Assembly: GCA_946413485.1 (NCBI GenBank)
Contig: CAMKKS010000001.1
Coordinates: 4,749 to 68,748 of the forward strand
DNA: 64,000 nucleotides
DNA from: an uncultured Rickettsiales bacterium
GTDB taxonomy: Bacteria > Pseudomonadota > Alphaproteobacteria > Rickettsiales > Deianiraeaceae
Reading direction: 5' to 3'
Under the pieces are notes generated by a model, which saw nothing but the letters and a program-made list of their open reading frames with translations, had not been told where the DNA came from and made no database searches. Shown here in pieces: positions 37,797 through 46,953 of this stretch; the first letter of the stretch is position 1, and every line of letters begins with the position of its first letter. The position numbers were made by a program, and so were the translations under genes.

Positions 37797-37934
37797 ATTT
37801 TGCCTCTTTCGACGACGGTTAAAAAATTAAGCAACTTGCTTTAAAAAATTGTATTTAAAAGCTTTTTAAATACTTAATATTTATATATTATAAATAAAAA
37901 TTGTAAATATTATTATAATAAAAAGAAACACATA

Positions 37935-38318
37935 ATGTTAGATTTAAACGAAATTTTAGCTAATGACTCAATTTCCATGGGCGGAGTAATAACATTACTT
38001 CTGTCTGCTTGTCTATATCTTTGGAAAAAGTACGAAAAACATCTTTTAGATACGATTAAAAAATCAAATGAACAGTCTGAACTTGTGAGCAACGTCAACG
38101 ATTTAATAAACCAAACAAATAATATTTTTGTTTTATTAAATAAAACCACTGAAGATCTTCAATCGCAGATTGATAATCTTGAAAATCGTTTAAAAGATCT
38201 TTCTAACCTTGATATCAGAACACAAAATAATTTAGCATTATTATTAAAAGACATTGAAAATATTAAAGCTTATATTCAAGCTTATAATTCAGTGTTAATT
38301 TCAAAAAATAAAGGGTAA
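37935..38318 (+). CDS. N-terminal TM + coiled-coil protein
   Basis: 127 aa; GGVITLLLSACLYLW helix; TATAAATA at 37889-37896. Confidence 0.45.
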   Translation: MLDLNEILANDSISMGGVITLLLSACLYLWKKYEKHLLDTIKKSNEQSELVSNVNDLINQTNNIFVLLNKTTEDLQSQIDNLENRLKDLSNLDIRTQNNLALLLKDIENIKAYIQAYNSVLISKNKG

Positions 38319-38319
38319 A

Positions 38320-38553
38320 ATGGAATTTTTAGAATATTTAGAGCTTAAAACATATAATAAGCCAATGTGTTTAAATACCTATAAAGGCATTAAAAAGAAA
38401 AAATATCCTAAATGGCAAGGCTGGAAAGTTTTAAAAAGATTAAAGGCAGAGAAAAAACCGTTTGAATCAGATTATTTAGATCTTCTGGTTTACAATTTTT
38501 ATCTCTGCCAGTTTATTAAAGAAAACTTTCTGAGTACAGACTCAGAAAGTTGA
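38320..38553 (+). CDS. hypothetical small protein
   Basis: 77-aa ORF starting 2 nt after the previous stop. Confidence 0.45.
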   Translation: MEFLEYLELKTYNKPMCLNTYKGIKKKKYPKWQGWKVLKRLKAEKKPFESDYLDLLVYNFYLCQFIKENFLSTDSES

Positions 38554-38556
38554 TTT

Positions 38557-39594
38557 TTAAATATCCTGCTTAACAATCGGAGCGGTTGCTACCGGTTCTT
38601 CGTCATTCTGAAGTCTTGTAATGAATGAAAAAGCTGTTTTTGAAGCTTTTTCAGCTGGAGATTTTTCTTCAGCTTCAGGATCAATTGACGGAACAAAATC
38701 TTGAATCTGTTCTCTGTGTTCAGGTTCCTGAATATCACCCTCATAAATATCATCATTTGTTATAACAACATTTTTAGGTTTAATTCTTCTTGTAAAATAC
38801 TTTGAAAAAATTCTATCTTCAACTGGAGCAATATCACGAGTTTCGGTTCCTAAAGAACTACCAGGTGGAACTGGGGCAGGAGTGTCAGCTGAGGTTGAAC
38901 CGTCAGGAATATTTTCAGCACCGGTCACATATTCAGTATCAGCTAATCCGTTAACCATTGCGTCAGTAGCAATTACGGAATCATCTTCACAGCATTCTTT
39001 GTCTTCAAAATCTTCAATATCAGTGTATTCACAATCAACACCGGCAAATTCAACATCTTCGATCTCGTCGTCAACTTCATTTTCATTTACCATGTAGAAC
39101 TGCTTAAGATTTTCATAATAAGGCCAAATCTCTTTTGGAGTGTTTGCTCTAAAGTAAGCTTCGTCGTTGATGTTAGCGATAACTTTTGAAGCGGATAAAT
39201 CTTCTTCAGTTCTCGTTGTTTCAATTACTTCAATTCCTAAATCATACTTTTGAACCATCTTTGTGTAACCAAAAGATCTGTCTGAACCGCAGAAAAGAGC
39301 AACTGGTTTAAAATTACAAAGTGGTTTGATTGCTACTAAATCAGCATTTTTAAATTCGATAACTTCAACTTTATCTCTAAATCTCTGATTTAAAAGAGCG
39401 TTTAACATCATTCTTCTAAGTTCTTTTGATTGAAGAGTATTCTTGCCGGTTACAAGAACTACAGAAGCATGACCAAATTTATTGATAGCGTGCTGAATCA
39501 GCTTAACATGAGAATTCGTCAAAATTCTGAATTTACCGATAACTAAGCCAGACTCGTTAGCTTCGTTTATAATTCTTTCTGTTAAAAATTTCAT
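38557..39594 (-). CDS. HIGH-motif nucleotidyltransferase (NMN/cytidylyl-transferase-like) with acidic C-terminal tail and CTS-like N-terminus
   Basis: MKFLTERIINE/AN; VIGKFRILTNSHVKLIQHA (G-x-F-x-x-x-T-x-x-H) and LSASKV resemble the (H/T)xGH and ISSTxxR motifs; C-terminal half is low-complexity acidic. Confidence 0.5.
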   Translation of the reverse strand: MKFLTERIINEANESGLVIGKFRILTNSHVKLIQHAINKFGHASVVLVTGKNTLQSKELRRMMLNALLNQRFRDKVEVIEFKNADLVAIKPLCNFKPVALFCGSDRSFGYTKMVQKYDLGIEVIETTRTEEDLSASKVIANINDEAYFRANTPKEIWPYYENLKQFYMVNENEVDDEIEDVEFAGVDCEYTDIEDFEDKECCEDDSVIATDAMVNGLADTEYVTGAENIPDGSTSADTPAPVPPGSSLGTETRDIAPVEDRIFSKYFTRRIKPKNVVITNDDIYEGDIQEPEHREQIQDFVPSIDPEAEEKSPAEKASKTAFSFITRLQNDEEPVATAPIVKQDI

Positions 39595-39614
39595 TTTTAA
39601 TCCTTTTTTAAATG

Positions 39615-39622
39615 TATTTATA
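39615..39622 (-). promoter_or_regulatory. T4-type late promoter box TATAAATA
   Basis: 21 nt upstream of ATG 39594. Confidence 0.45.
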
Positions 39623-39625
39623 ATT

Positions 39626-41023
39626 TTAAAAATCTTTTAAAATATCTTCAGGTATTTTTTCTGAAAATTCTTTTGTTTCTATCCCTGGGATTTTATCTGT
39701 TACTTTTTTAAAATCATTATAATTATCTTTAGAACATAAAACACAATTTATATTCAAATCTAAAGATATTTTATTTAACATTGTTATTAAAGAAGCTGAA
39801 GTAAATTTAAAAATCTTTATATCTTTAAATATATCTTTGATATTTTTTTCTTTTAAAGAAAAATCATCACCTTTAGGATTTAAAACACCCAAAACAACAA
39901 AATCATAATTTTTTAAAGCTTCTTTAATAATACTTTTATGATAATCTGTAATATTTAAAAATCTTCCTGGAATTAAACAACCGTTATTTCCTTCTAAGCT
40001 TTTAATTATTAACTTTTTAGCAACTTCCTGAATATCATCACAGATTTGAACAACATTCTTTTTAGCATTTTTAAAATCAGGATTGAATTTTTTAATTGCT
40101 TTTGAGAGCTCTTTTAATCTTTCATTTAAAGAACCTGAATTTATGTTTTTAATGATTTTTAAAGCTGCATTTTTAACATTCTTTTTATATTCAATTTCGT
40201 CGTCAAAATCTAAAGTAAATTTTTCTTTGATTTTAGCTCGAGCTTCCTGATCAAGCTGGTAAACCTGTTGAACTTTTAAGATTTTATCATTATATTTAAT
40301 TACAACGCCCTCTTCTTTTCCACCATACTTTGACTCAACGTTTAAAAATAATTCCTGTAATTGTTTCCACAAAACTTCAGGATCAGTCCAATCAAGGTTC
40401 ATTTTTAAATATTCTTTTTTAATATTATTATTTAAAATTCCAGCTTCAAAATCCTTTTTAGTTCCTAAAATTCCTTTGAATAATTTATTAGGAATATCGA
40501 TTTTTAAAATTTCCGCATATTTTTCACGGTCTTTAAATTCCATTTCACCAGGTGAAGTTTTTAATAATCCGAATTTTTCAGTATAAGATGTTTTTGAATA
40601 ACCAACTAAAACCATCTTATGCGGATTTTTATAATTAGAGCTTAAAGTCGGTTTACGCTGTAAAAACTCAATAGCAAATTCATAATTTAACGGTAAATCA
40701 CATTTCCCTAGATTTTTAAAGTGATCAATAACAATCTTATATTGTGAAATACCGATAGAAGATTTTTTAATAGCTAAAGTTGACTGAGACGAAAATTCGT
40801 CTTCAAAAAAGACAGAACCTTTATAAGCAATAATCCAATCATTAAAATCACCGTTATTTGCTTTATGAATAACGGTCAGTTTGGTTCCATCTGTTTTGTG
40901 TTCAATCTCAACTTCTGATTTTAAAAATTCTTCTATTTTAGATTTAGAATTTAAAAATTTTTCAGCAGATAAAATTGAAATATCAAGCTGTTTTGCTTCT
41001 TTTAAATATTTTATAAAATCCAT
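39626..41023 (-). CDS. ATP-dependent ligase (RNA/DNA ligase nucleotidyltransferase) fused to a second HIGH-motif nucleotidyltransferase domain
   Basis: Motif I HKTDGTKL (KxDG), motif IV EGVVIK, motif V KILKVQ; C-terminal CLIPGRFLNITDYHKSIIKEAL; N-terminus MDFIKYLKE/A. Confidence 0.6.
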   Translation of the reverse strand: MDFIKYLKEAKQLDISILSAEKFLNSKSKIEEFLKSEVEIEHKTDGTKLTVIHKANNGDFNDWIIAYKGSVFFEDEFSSQSTLAIKKSSIGISQYKIVIDHFKNLGKCDLPLNYEFAIEFLQRKPTLSSNYKNPHKMVLVGYSKTSYTEKFGLLKTSPGEMEFKDREKYAEILKIDIPNKLFKGILGTKKDFEAGILNNNIKKEYLKMNLDWTDPEVLWKQLQELFLNVESKYGGKEEGVVIKYNDKILKVQQVYQLDQEARAKIKEKFTLDFDDEIEYKKNVKNAALKIIKNINSGSLNERLKELSKAIKKFNPDFKNAKKNVVQICDDIQEVAKKLIIKSLEGNNGCLIPGRFLNITDYHKSIIKEALKNYDFVVLGVLNPKGDDFSLKEKNIKDIFKDIKIFKFTSASLITMLNKISLDLNINCVLCSKDNYNDFKKVTDKIPGIETKEFSEKIPEDILKDF

Positions 41024-42256
41024 TTAATAATATTCCTGAACATAATTTTTTAAATTAACAAAATTTAAAAAACTTTCTTTCATAGAAGCTTTAGGAGTTC
41101 TACCGAAATTTTTATAATATTTTTCAGTGTATTCTTTAGATAAATCTTTAAGATTAAAAAATTCAATAAATTTTTTATATCCAGCGTATTTTACATCATA
41201 ATCTAAAACTTTATCACCAGGTTCAATTTCCTGTGATTTAGGCGATGATTTCCACAAATAATCTAAATATCTTTTATGAACAATATCGATCGTTTTTTGA
41301 TCAGCATATTTTTTGATCAATTCTAGCAATCCTAAAAATGACCACAATTTTCTGTCATCACCTGATTTTTCAGCTTTTAAAAGATCTTCAGGTTTTAAAA
41401 CAATTTTAAAGATTTCCTTTAAAGACTGTTCAAATTTTGAATTTGAAGTAGGAATTTCCTTATAAACATACTTTCCTTCAAACTGAACAACGGAACCGTC
41501 AGGATTTAAAATCGGTTCATAAGCTGTTCTTAATCCGCGGATAACTGAGAATTTTAAAAGATGTGGAAAATCCGGCTGTTCTTTAGGGAATCTTAACTTA
41601 TTGTAAGTTGATGCTTGAGTAGCGATAATGATATCGTCTCTCACTGAAACAGAACTAACTAACGCCTGTAAAAGTAATTTGTGGTGAACAGCTTTAATTC
41701 CTTCTTTACAATCTTCAAACGAACTTGAATGAGAGAATTTTGACCATTCCGTCGGAGTGTCTTCCTCAAATTTTAAAAATTCAAAATCAATCTGAACAGC
41801 AACTCTTCCAACATTCTCAAATTTAATAATAAAAATAGAATTTATCTGATCACCGATTGAGTTAACTGAAGGTTTGTTTGAGCCCATGTAAGTACAGTTC
41901 TTTGAGATTTCAAGCTCTTCATATCTGCTTAAAAAATTCCATAATGTTTCTTTATCTTCTTCAGGAACCTGAATATCTAAATCGCCGGCAAATTCTTTGT
42001 ACTGTAAAATATCTTCGTCTGAAATAGCAGGGTTCATAATAAAAGACGAAGATCCGTTAAACATAAAACCGTTTAAAATTAAATCTTCTTTAATCCAAAG
42101 TGAATGACCTGAGTATTTTTTAAATTTTATATTAATATCTTTTAATAATTGACGAATAACCTTCAAAAAGGCCGGTCTTCCTATCTGCTTCAAAGGAATT
42201 TTCTGTGCTTTAGTCTGAATTCCTGTTTTTGTTAGCGCTATAATATTTCCGCCCAT
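41024..42256 (-). CDS. Pol-beta-superfamily nucleotidyltransferase-like protein
   Basis: FNGSSSF..(20)..AGDLDIQV..(about 60)..VQIDFEF gives a GS / DxD / third-acidic pattern; start placed at MGGNIIA (AAGGAT SD); track start 42277 overlaps the upstream gene. Confidence 0.4.
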   Translation of the reverse strand: MGGNIIALTKTGIQTKAQKIPLKQIGRPAFLKVIRQLLKDINIKFKKYSGHSLWIKEDLILNGFMFNGSSSFIMNPAISDEDILQYKEFAGDLDIQVPEEDKETLWNFLSRYEELEISKNCTYMGSNKPSVNSIGDQINSIFIIKFENVGRVAVQIDFEFLKFEEDTPTEWSKFSHSSSFEDCKEGIKAVHHKLLLQALVSSVSVRDDIIIATQASTYNKLRFPKEQPDFPHLLKFSVIRGLRTAYEPILNPDGSVVQFEGKYVYKEIPTSNSKFEQSLKEIFKIVLKPEDLLKAEKSGDDRKLWSFLGLLELIKKYADQKTIDIVHKRYLDYLWKSSPKSQEIEPGDKVLDYDVKYAGYKKFIEFFNLKDLSKEYTEKYYKNFGRTPKASMKESFLNFVNLKNYVQEYY

Positions 42257-42257
42257 T

Positions 42258-42863
42258 TTAAAATCCTTTTTTAACAATATTTATACTATTCAAATATTTT
42301 TCAGTGTACTTTTTAAAATCTTTATCTGAAATTTCAACAGGATAAAAATCATTTTCGGGGTTGTCAACGCAAACGTTTATTCTTGGAACTTCATTATCCG
42401 TAGGGGATTTTTCATGTGTATGGCCGTGGAAAATCATCAAACAATTTGACTCATCAAAAATCTGTCTTAATCCTTTCATTTTAGGATCCATTATCTGATT
42501 TTCATTTAACGGATAATGGCAAAGAAAATAATCCCCTAAAATGATATAATCTTCAACAGCTAAAAATCCGCACTCTAAATAAAAAGAGTCAGGAAATTTA
42601 TCGTGATTTCCTCGGATTAAAATCTTTTTCCCTTTAAGATTTTTAAGAATTGTTTTAAACATATCTTTATTTGTTTTATTTAAAAAAGCAATATCCCCTA
42701 GGTGAAAAACAATATCGTCGTCAGATACTTTTTCGTTATATCTTTCAAAGATTGTTTTAATACAGTCAATAACGCCTTCTGAAGAAAAATCAAACGGACG
42801 GTTACAGTATTTAATAATATTTTGATGGCCAAAATGCTGGTCGGAAGTTAAAAATATTTTCAT
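42258..42863 (-). CDS. calcineurin-like metallophosphoesterase
   Basis: SDQHFGH, LGDIAF, RGNHDK, CHYP, FHGHTH: the full MPP motif set. Confidence 0.8.
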   Translation of the reverse strand: MKIFLTSDQHFGHQNIIKYCNRPFDFSSEGVIDCIKTIFERYNEKVSDDDIVFHLGDIAFLNKTNKDMFKTILKNLKGKKILIRGNHDKFPDSFYLECGFLAVEDYIILGDYFLCHYPLNENQIMDPKMKGLRQIFDESNCLMIFHGHTHEKSPTDNEVPRINVCVDNPENDFYPVEISDKDFKKYTEKYLNSINIVKKGF

Positions 42864-42929
42864 TTAAAATCCTTTTTTAATTTTAATAATTATATATCAA
42901 AATTTTAAAAATGTGAATTTTTAAAAAAT

Positions 42930-43450
42930 ACGTAATGAACTTTTAGTAAAAGTCTATTACGTTATAAAAAAATTTTTTCAATTTCCTTATATAAAGATAT
43001 TTAAAAATATTTTAAATAAAAAGCTTTTAATAAAGTTCTAGTTTTTCTAGTTCTAGAACTTTTGAGAGAGTTCTGGTTTTGATTTGAAAGTTCTAGTTTT
43101 GAGTAAAAATTCGATATTAAAAGTATTTTTATATATTCTTTATATAAAGAATATCAAAAAATTTTTTATAACGTTATTCAAAATCACGAAAAGCTCATTA
43201 CGTTGTTTTTATAACGTAATAGACTTTTACGAAAAGGTCAATACGTTGTATTAAAAAAATTTCAATTTCCTATATAATAATATCTTTAAAATAAAAACCT
43301 TTAAATTAAGTTCTAGAACTCGAATTTAACTCGAACTCTCAAATTGAAAACTAGAACTTATTCAAAAATGTTTTAAAAGATATCTTTATATAAGGAAATT
43401 GAAAAAATAAAATTATTACGTAATGACCTTTTGCGAAAAGTCTAATACGT
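42930..43450. repeat. double composite non-coding module (archetype)
   Basis: Hairpins 42930-42962, 43171-43203, 43214-43246, 43418-43450; box arrays 43034-43101 and 43308-43357; CAATTTCC(T)TATATAA boxes; TTCTTTATATAAAGAA palindrome at about 43137-43152. Confidence 0.7.
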
Positions 43451-43465
43451 TGTTTTTAGGTAATA

Positions 43466-43492
43466 AAAAAGGACCTTTTAAAGGTCCTTTAA
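43466..43492 (-). terminator. strong rho-independent terminator after MCP gene
   Basis: GGACC-TTTAAAA-GGTCC then TTTTTT on the minus strand. Confidence 0.75.
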
Positions 43493-43517
43493 AATTATTT
43501 TAAAATTTTTTTAAAAA

Positions 43518-45020
43518 TTAGTACTTTCTTGATGGTTTAGCAAGTACACTTGGTGCCTGCCTTGCGAGAACAGTATTCGCAAAGCTTACGCCAAATGAAC
43601 GAGCGTAGGTCTTTGCACGGTCATTGCTCTTAGGATCAGAAACACCTGGAGTTGTAGCCAAAGCGTAACGAGTTTTAGCAATGATAACAGGCTGACCGGT
43701 AACGTAATCTGTAACCTTTGTGAAGGACAGAGGAACATACGGACAGAAGAAGCCCATAGCATCACGGCTGTTAGCGCCCTTGTAAAGAACGGTGCAGAAG
43801 TCGTCCTTAGCATACTGATCGATAACAACCTTGTAGCGGTTATCGAATACACCAGCAACACCACCGGAAACAGGAGCGATAATATCGGAATTAGTAGGAG
43901 CCAGCTGGAATGAACCAACCTGTTCTAACATGGTAGCAACCATTGGAGAAACCAGAAGGATATTACCTTGTCCACGCTTTGTATCTAAACCGATAATTGC
44001 GGATTCTTTAGCAATACGAATTGCTTGAGCACGATATCTTTCAATTTCCCAACGACCATCAGGAACCTGAACATTAGTCTGAGCACCGAATACAGTATCA
44101 GGTAACCAGGTAGAATTATCCTTAACAAAATCAACGATTTCACGGTCAATTTCAGCCTGAATTTCGTACTGCATCAAGCTCATCAGTTCTTCATCAGCGG
44201 TTAAACCGTGCTGAGCTTTTAAGTCCTGATAAAGTTCAACAGTGTACTTACCTTTCAGAGCACGAGAATCAGCGGCAATTGGTTTTCTTGAAATACTGAA
44301 ACCAACTTCACGCATTTCGTCGCCAAGGTGTTCAGCTTCAACTGTCTTATAAGGACCAGTGAAGTTCTTCAGAATGTGACCGAAAGAAGATTCGTTAGTG
44401 TACACTGCGGTTACTGTCAGATTAGTAACAGCTGTGCCGATATCAAATTTATCGCCAACATTCAGATTTTGATTTACATGATTTGTAGTATTGTCTACAT
44501 CAACAGTAGCAAGGATCTTGTCGTCTTCGATGTACAGAACATAACCTTTATCAGCACCGGCAGAATTCTTGATCTTTGAAGTAGAAGTTTGAACGGTACC
44601 AGCCTGAACAGCAGCCTTAATTAAATCTGCATCAGTCAAAGAAACCTGATAGATAACACCAGCTGGTTTTGGACGATCGTCAACTTTCTTAAGACCATCA
44701 CCAAGATACTGATTAACGAGAGCATAGATAAAGCCGGTAGGCATGCTCATTGGCTGAACACCAAGTAATTCGTTAGCAATCAGATTTGGATAGATACGTC
44801 TAATCATAGGGATTATGATTGGGGTGAATTGAGCAACGTCACCGGTTAAAGTACCTTCACTCAAAGTTTTCTGAATATCAATCTGAGTGTTTTCAATAAG
44901 TTGAATAATTGTTTCTTTTTGAGAATCTGTCATCGGACCGAATTTTTCAGATTCCAAAACACTTTTTGCAAATTCATTAGAGGTTGCCTTCTGAACTGCT
45001 TCGCTTAATAACATATCCAT
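43518..45020 (-). CDS. major capsid protein (T4 gp23-like)
   Basis: 500 aa; IIPMIRRIYPNLIANELLGVQPMSMPTGFIYAL parallels T4 gp23 MGMVRRAIPNLIAFDICGVQPMNSPTGQVFAL; several L-x-E sites in the first 60 residues; visibly higher G+C than neighbours. Confidence 0.9.
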   Translation of the reverse strand: MDMLLSEAVQKATSNEFAKSVLESEKFGPMTDSQKETIIQLIENTQIDIQKTLSEGTLTGDVAQFTPIIIPMIRRIYPNLIANELLGVQPMSMPTGFIYALVNQYLGDGLKKVDDRPKPAGVIYQVSLTDADLIKAAVQAGTVQTSTSKIKNSAGADKGYVLYIEDDKILATVDVDNTTNHVNQNLNVGDKFDIGTAVTNLTVTAVYTNESSFGHILKNFTGPYKTVEAEHLGDEMREVGFSISRKPIAADSRALKGKYTVELYQDLKAQHGLTADEELMSLMQYEIQAEIDREIVDFVKDNSTWLPDTVFGAQTNVQVPDGRWEIERYRAQAIRIAKESAIIGLDTKRGQGNILLVSPMVATMLEQVGSFQLAPTNSDIIAPVSGGVAGVFDNRYKVVIDQYAKDDFCTVLYKGANSRDAMGFFCPYVPLSFTKVTDYVTGQPVIIAKTRYALATTPGVSDPKSNDRAKTYARSFGVSFANTVLARQAPSVLAKPSRKY

Positions 45021-45057
45021 TAATGGATTCTCCTTAAAAATATATTTTTAAATTTTA

Positions 45058-45906
45058 TTAATATAATCTACTTAAACGTTTTTCTAAATCGCTTTGTTCT
45101 CTTGACTCGTTTAAAGTCTCAGGACGTGAAACTTTTACGTAATCATTCTTAACAGGGGATTTAGTTGGAACTCTTACATATTCTTCTGAAACTGCTTCTT
45201 CTTCAGGCTCTTCTGGTTCTTCGTGGCATTTTTCAGCAAGCTTTGCTTCGTCAATAATTGCTTGTTTCAGATTTTCTAATTTATTTATGTATCTTGAAGA
45301 TTTTTCAAAAACAACATTGTTAGCGCAACGTTCGAATTTAACAGCAGCTTCGCCTTCTAAACCTTCCTTAAGTTCTGCGATAATACCCATCTTAATGAGC
45401 TTCTGATTTTCCTTAAGAAGATTTGATTTTTCTTCTTCAAGCTTCTGCATAGCGGCTAAAGTCTTTAACATCTTATTATTTTCTGAAATTGTCTTTTCAG
45501 GATTTTGATTTTCAACAGACTCAGCAATCTTCTGAGCAGAAACACCAGCCATGGTACAGGCATTAGCTAAAGAGTCAAGAATGAAGTTATTTTTATAATC
45601 AGCTTCAGTTACTGCAAAAATATCTTCGTGTTCGGAAATAAAACTGTTAACAGTTTTATCAATATATTTTTCAATAATTGAATTCAGGCTTTCCAATCTA
45701 CCGTCAACGAATTTGATTGCGTCTTCTTTGATTTCATTTTTATATGATTCGCAAAGGTCATTTAAACGCAAAGTTTCTTCTTCAATTTTCTGGTCGGCTA
45801 AAATTGAAGCTTTTGATTCGATTAAGCTTTCAATTTTGCTTTCCAACTCTTCTTGAAGATCGTCGGTAAATGCTTCACCTAAAACTTCCTTAAATTGTTC
45901 AAGCAT
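45058..45906 (-). CDS. prohead scaffolding core protein (gp22-like by position and composition)
   Basis: Acidic coiled-coil protein between protease and MCP; start placed at ATG 45906 (GGAG SD). Track start 45921 is a TTG inside that SD. Confidence 0.6.
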   Translation of the reverse strand: MLEQFKEVLGEAFTDDLQEELESKIESLIESKASILADQKIEEETLRLNDLCESYKNEIKEDAIKFVDGRLESLNSIIEKYIDKTVNSFISEHEDIFAVTEADYKNNFILDSLANACTMAGVSAQKIAESVENQNPEKTISENNKMLKTLAAMQKLEEEKSNLLKENQKLIKMGIIAELKEGLEGEAAVKFERCANNVVFEKSSRYINKLENLKQAIIDEAKLAEKCHEEPEEPEEEAVSEEYVRVPTKSPVKNDYVKVSRPETLNESREQSDLEKRLSRLY

Positions 45907-45932
45907 TTTAAAATTCTCCAAATGTTTTTAAT

Positions 45933-45940
45933 TATTTATA
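45933..45940 (-). promoter_or_regulatory. T4-type late promoter box TATAAATA
   Basis: 27 nt upstream of ATG 45906. Confidence 0.5.
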
Positions 45941-45978
45941 TTTTAAAAAAGTAATTTTTTTACACAATTCACAATATT

Positions 45979-46953
45979 TTAAATTTTTTGAAGGAAATTT
46001 TCAAATAATTCTCTAATTGCGTCTTGTTTTTGTGCTAATGTGATTGATTCTTTAATCTCTTCAGGTTCTTGAACAGGTTCTGGTTCTTGAACTTGTTCTT
46101 GAACAGGTTCTGGTTCTTCAGGTTGAACTTCTGGAACTGGTTCTGGTTTTAAAGACTCTTTGATTTCGTTTAAAGAATTTTTTAAATCTTCTTTTAAAGA
46201 ATCTTTAAAAGATTTTAAAGAATTTTCGATTTGTTCTTGAATATTTACATCGGAAATTTCGGGTTCAGTTTTAATTTCCGCTTCAACATTATTTACATTT
46301 CCTTCGTCAATATTTTCGACAGAATTTTCAGGTTCTTTTAATTTTTCGATAATATTTCCGAATTTATCAATTTCATAAGTTTTATCTTGAACAATTCCCT
46401 CACAAAGTCTGTGAGCTTCACACATACCGTTCATTGTTGCGTTATAATCTGAAGGATTAGGAACAACATCATAAGTGATTAACTTAAAGCTTTCAACAAT
46501 ACCGTTTTTAACAGAACCTACACCTCTTGAAGATACTGAAATTTTAACATCATTATCAACTAAAGATTTTAACTGATTAGCTTGAGGATTATCTAAAAGA
46601 ACAGCTTCACCCATAACGTATTGGCCTTCAATCCATAATTTTGTTATTTTTGAAACTGCTTTCATAGGGTCGACTTCAGTTCTTGCCGGGTGTTCGTATT
46701 CCATCAAAGTGTTGATAGAACCTGACTTAATTTCATTCTGATATTCGGCGACATTACGTTCCCACAAAGGTCTTGGATAAGTTCTACCATTACGGTTTTT
46801 CTCACCTATAGTAGAGAAAACACCTCTGATTTTATATTTTTTCTCAGATTTACCAGTTGCTTCGTTGATTTCCTCTTCTTTAACAACTGACAAACCTTGA
46901 GTATCTGAATCAAATATTAAAGAGCTCATGTACATCTCCTTAAATTCCGTCAA
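45979..46953 (-). CDS. prohead core protease (T4 gp21-like)
   Basis: RNGRTYPRPLWERNV, MEYEHPARTEVDPMKAV, VSSRGVGSV parallel T4 gp21 NKRLYPKRILEKAV, ELNHPPRANVDPMQAA, VSSRGLGSL; C-terminal acidic/Pro repeat EPEPVQE. Confidence 0.85.
   Translation of the reverse strand: MTEFKEMYMSSLIFDSDTQGLSVVKEEEINEATGKSEKKYKIRGVFSTIGEKNRNGRTYPRPLWERNVAEYQNEIKSGSINTLMEYEHPARTEVDPMKAVSKITKLWIEGQYVMGEAVLLDNPQANQLKSLVDNDVKISVSSRGVGSVKNGIVESFKLITYDVVPNPSDYNATMNGMCEAHRLCEGIVQDKTYEIDKFGNIIEKLKEPENSVENIDEGNVNNVEAEIKTEPEISDVNIQEQIENSLKSFKDSLKEDLKNSLNEIKESLKPEPVPEVQPEEPEPVQEQVQEPEPVQEPEEIKESITLAQKQDAIRELFENFLQKI

Noticed and set aside
43586-43918. Antisense or alternate-frame ORFs nested in long genes: 1201-1443, 7671-7910, 9614-9823, 12046-12279, 16492-16701, 24633-24827, 25210-25392, 26619-26843, 31306-31512, 32525-32767, 33107-33504, 36382-36955, 37913-38149, 38882-39097, 43586-43918, 44328-44579, 47058-47357, 50196-50381, 50822-51025, 58671-58934, 60279-60569, 60862-61056, 63790-63996.
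   Set aside because: Each is fully embedded in a longer ORF that has recognisable homology or operon context. None has an SD or promoter, and their compositions are typical of shadow frames in AT-rich DNA.
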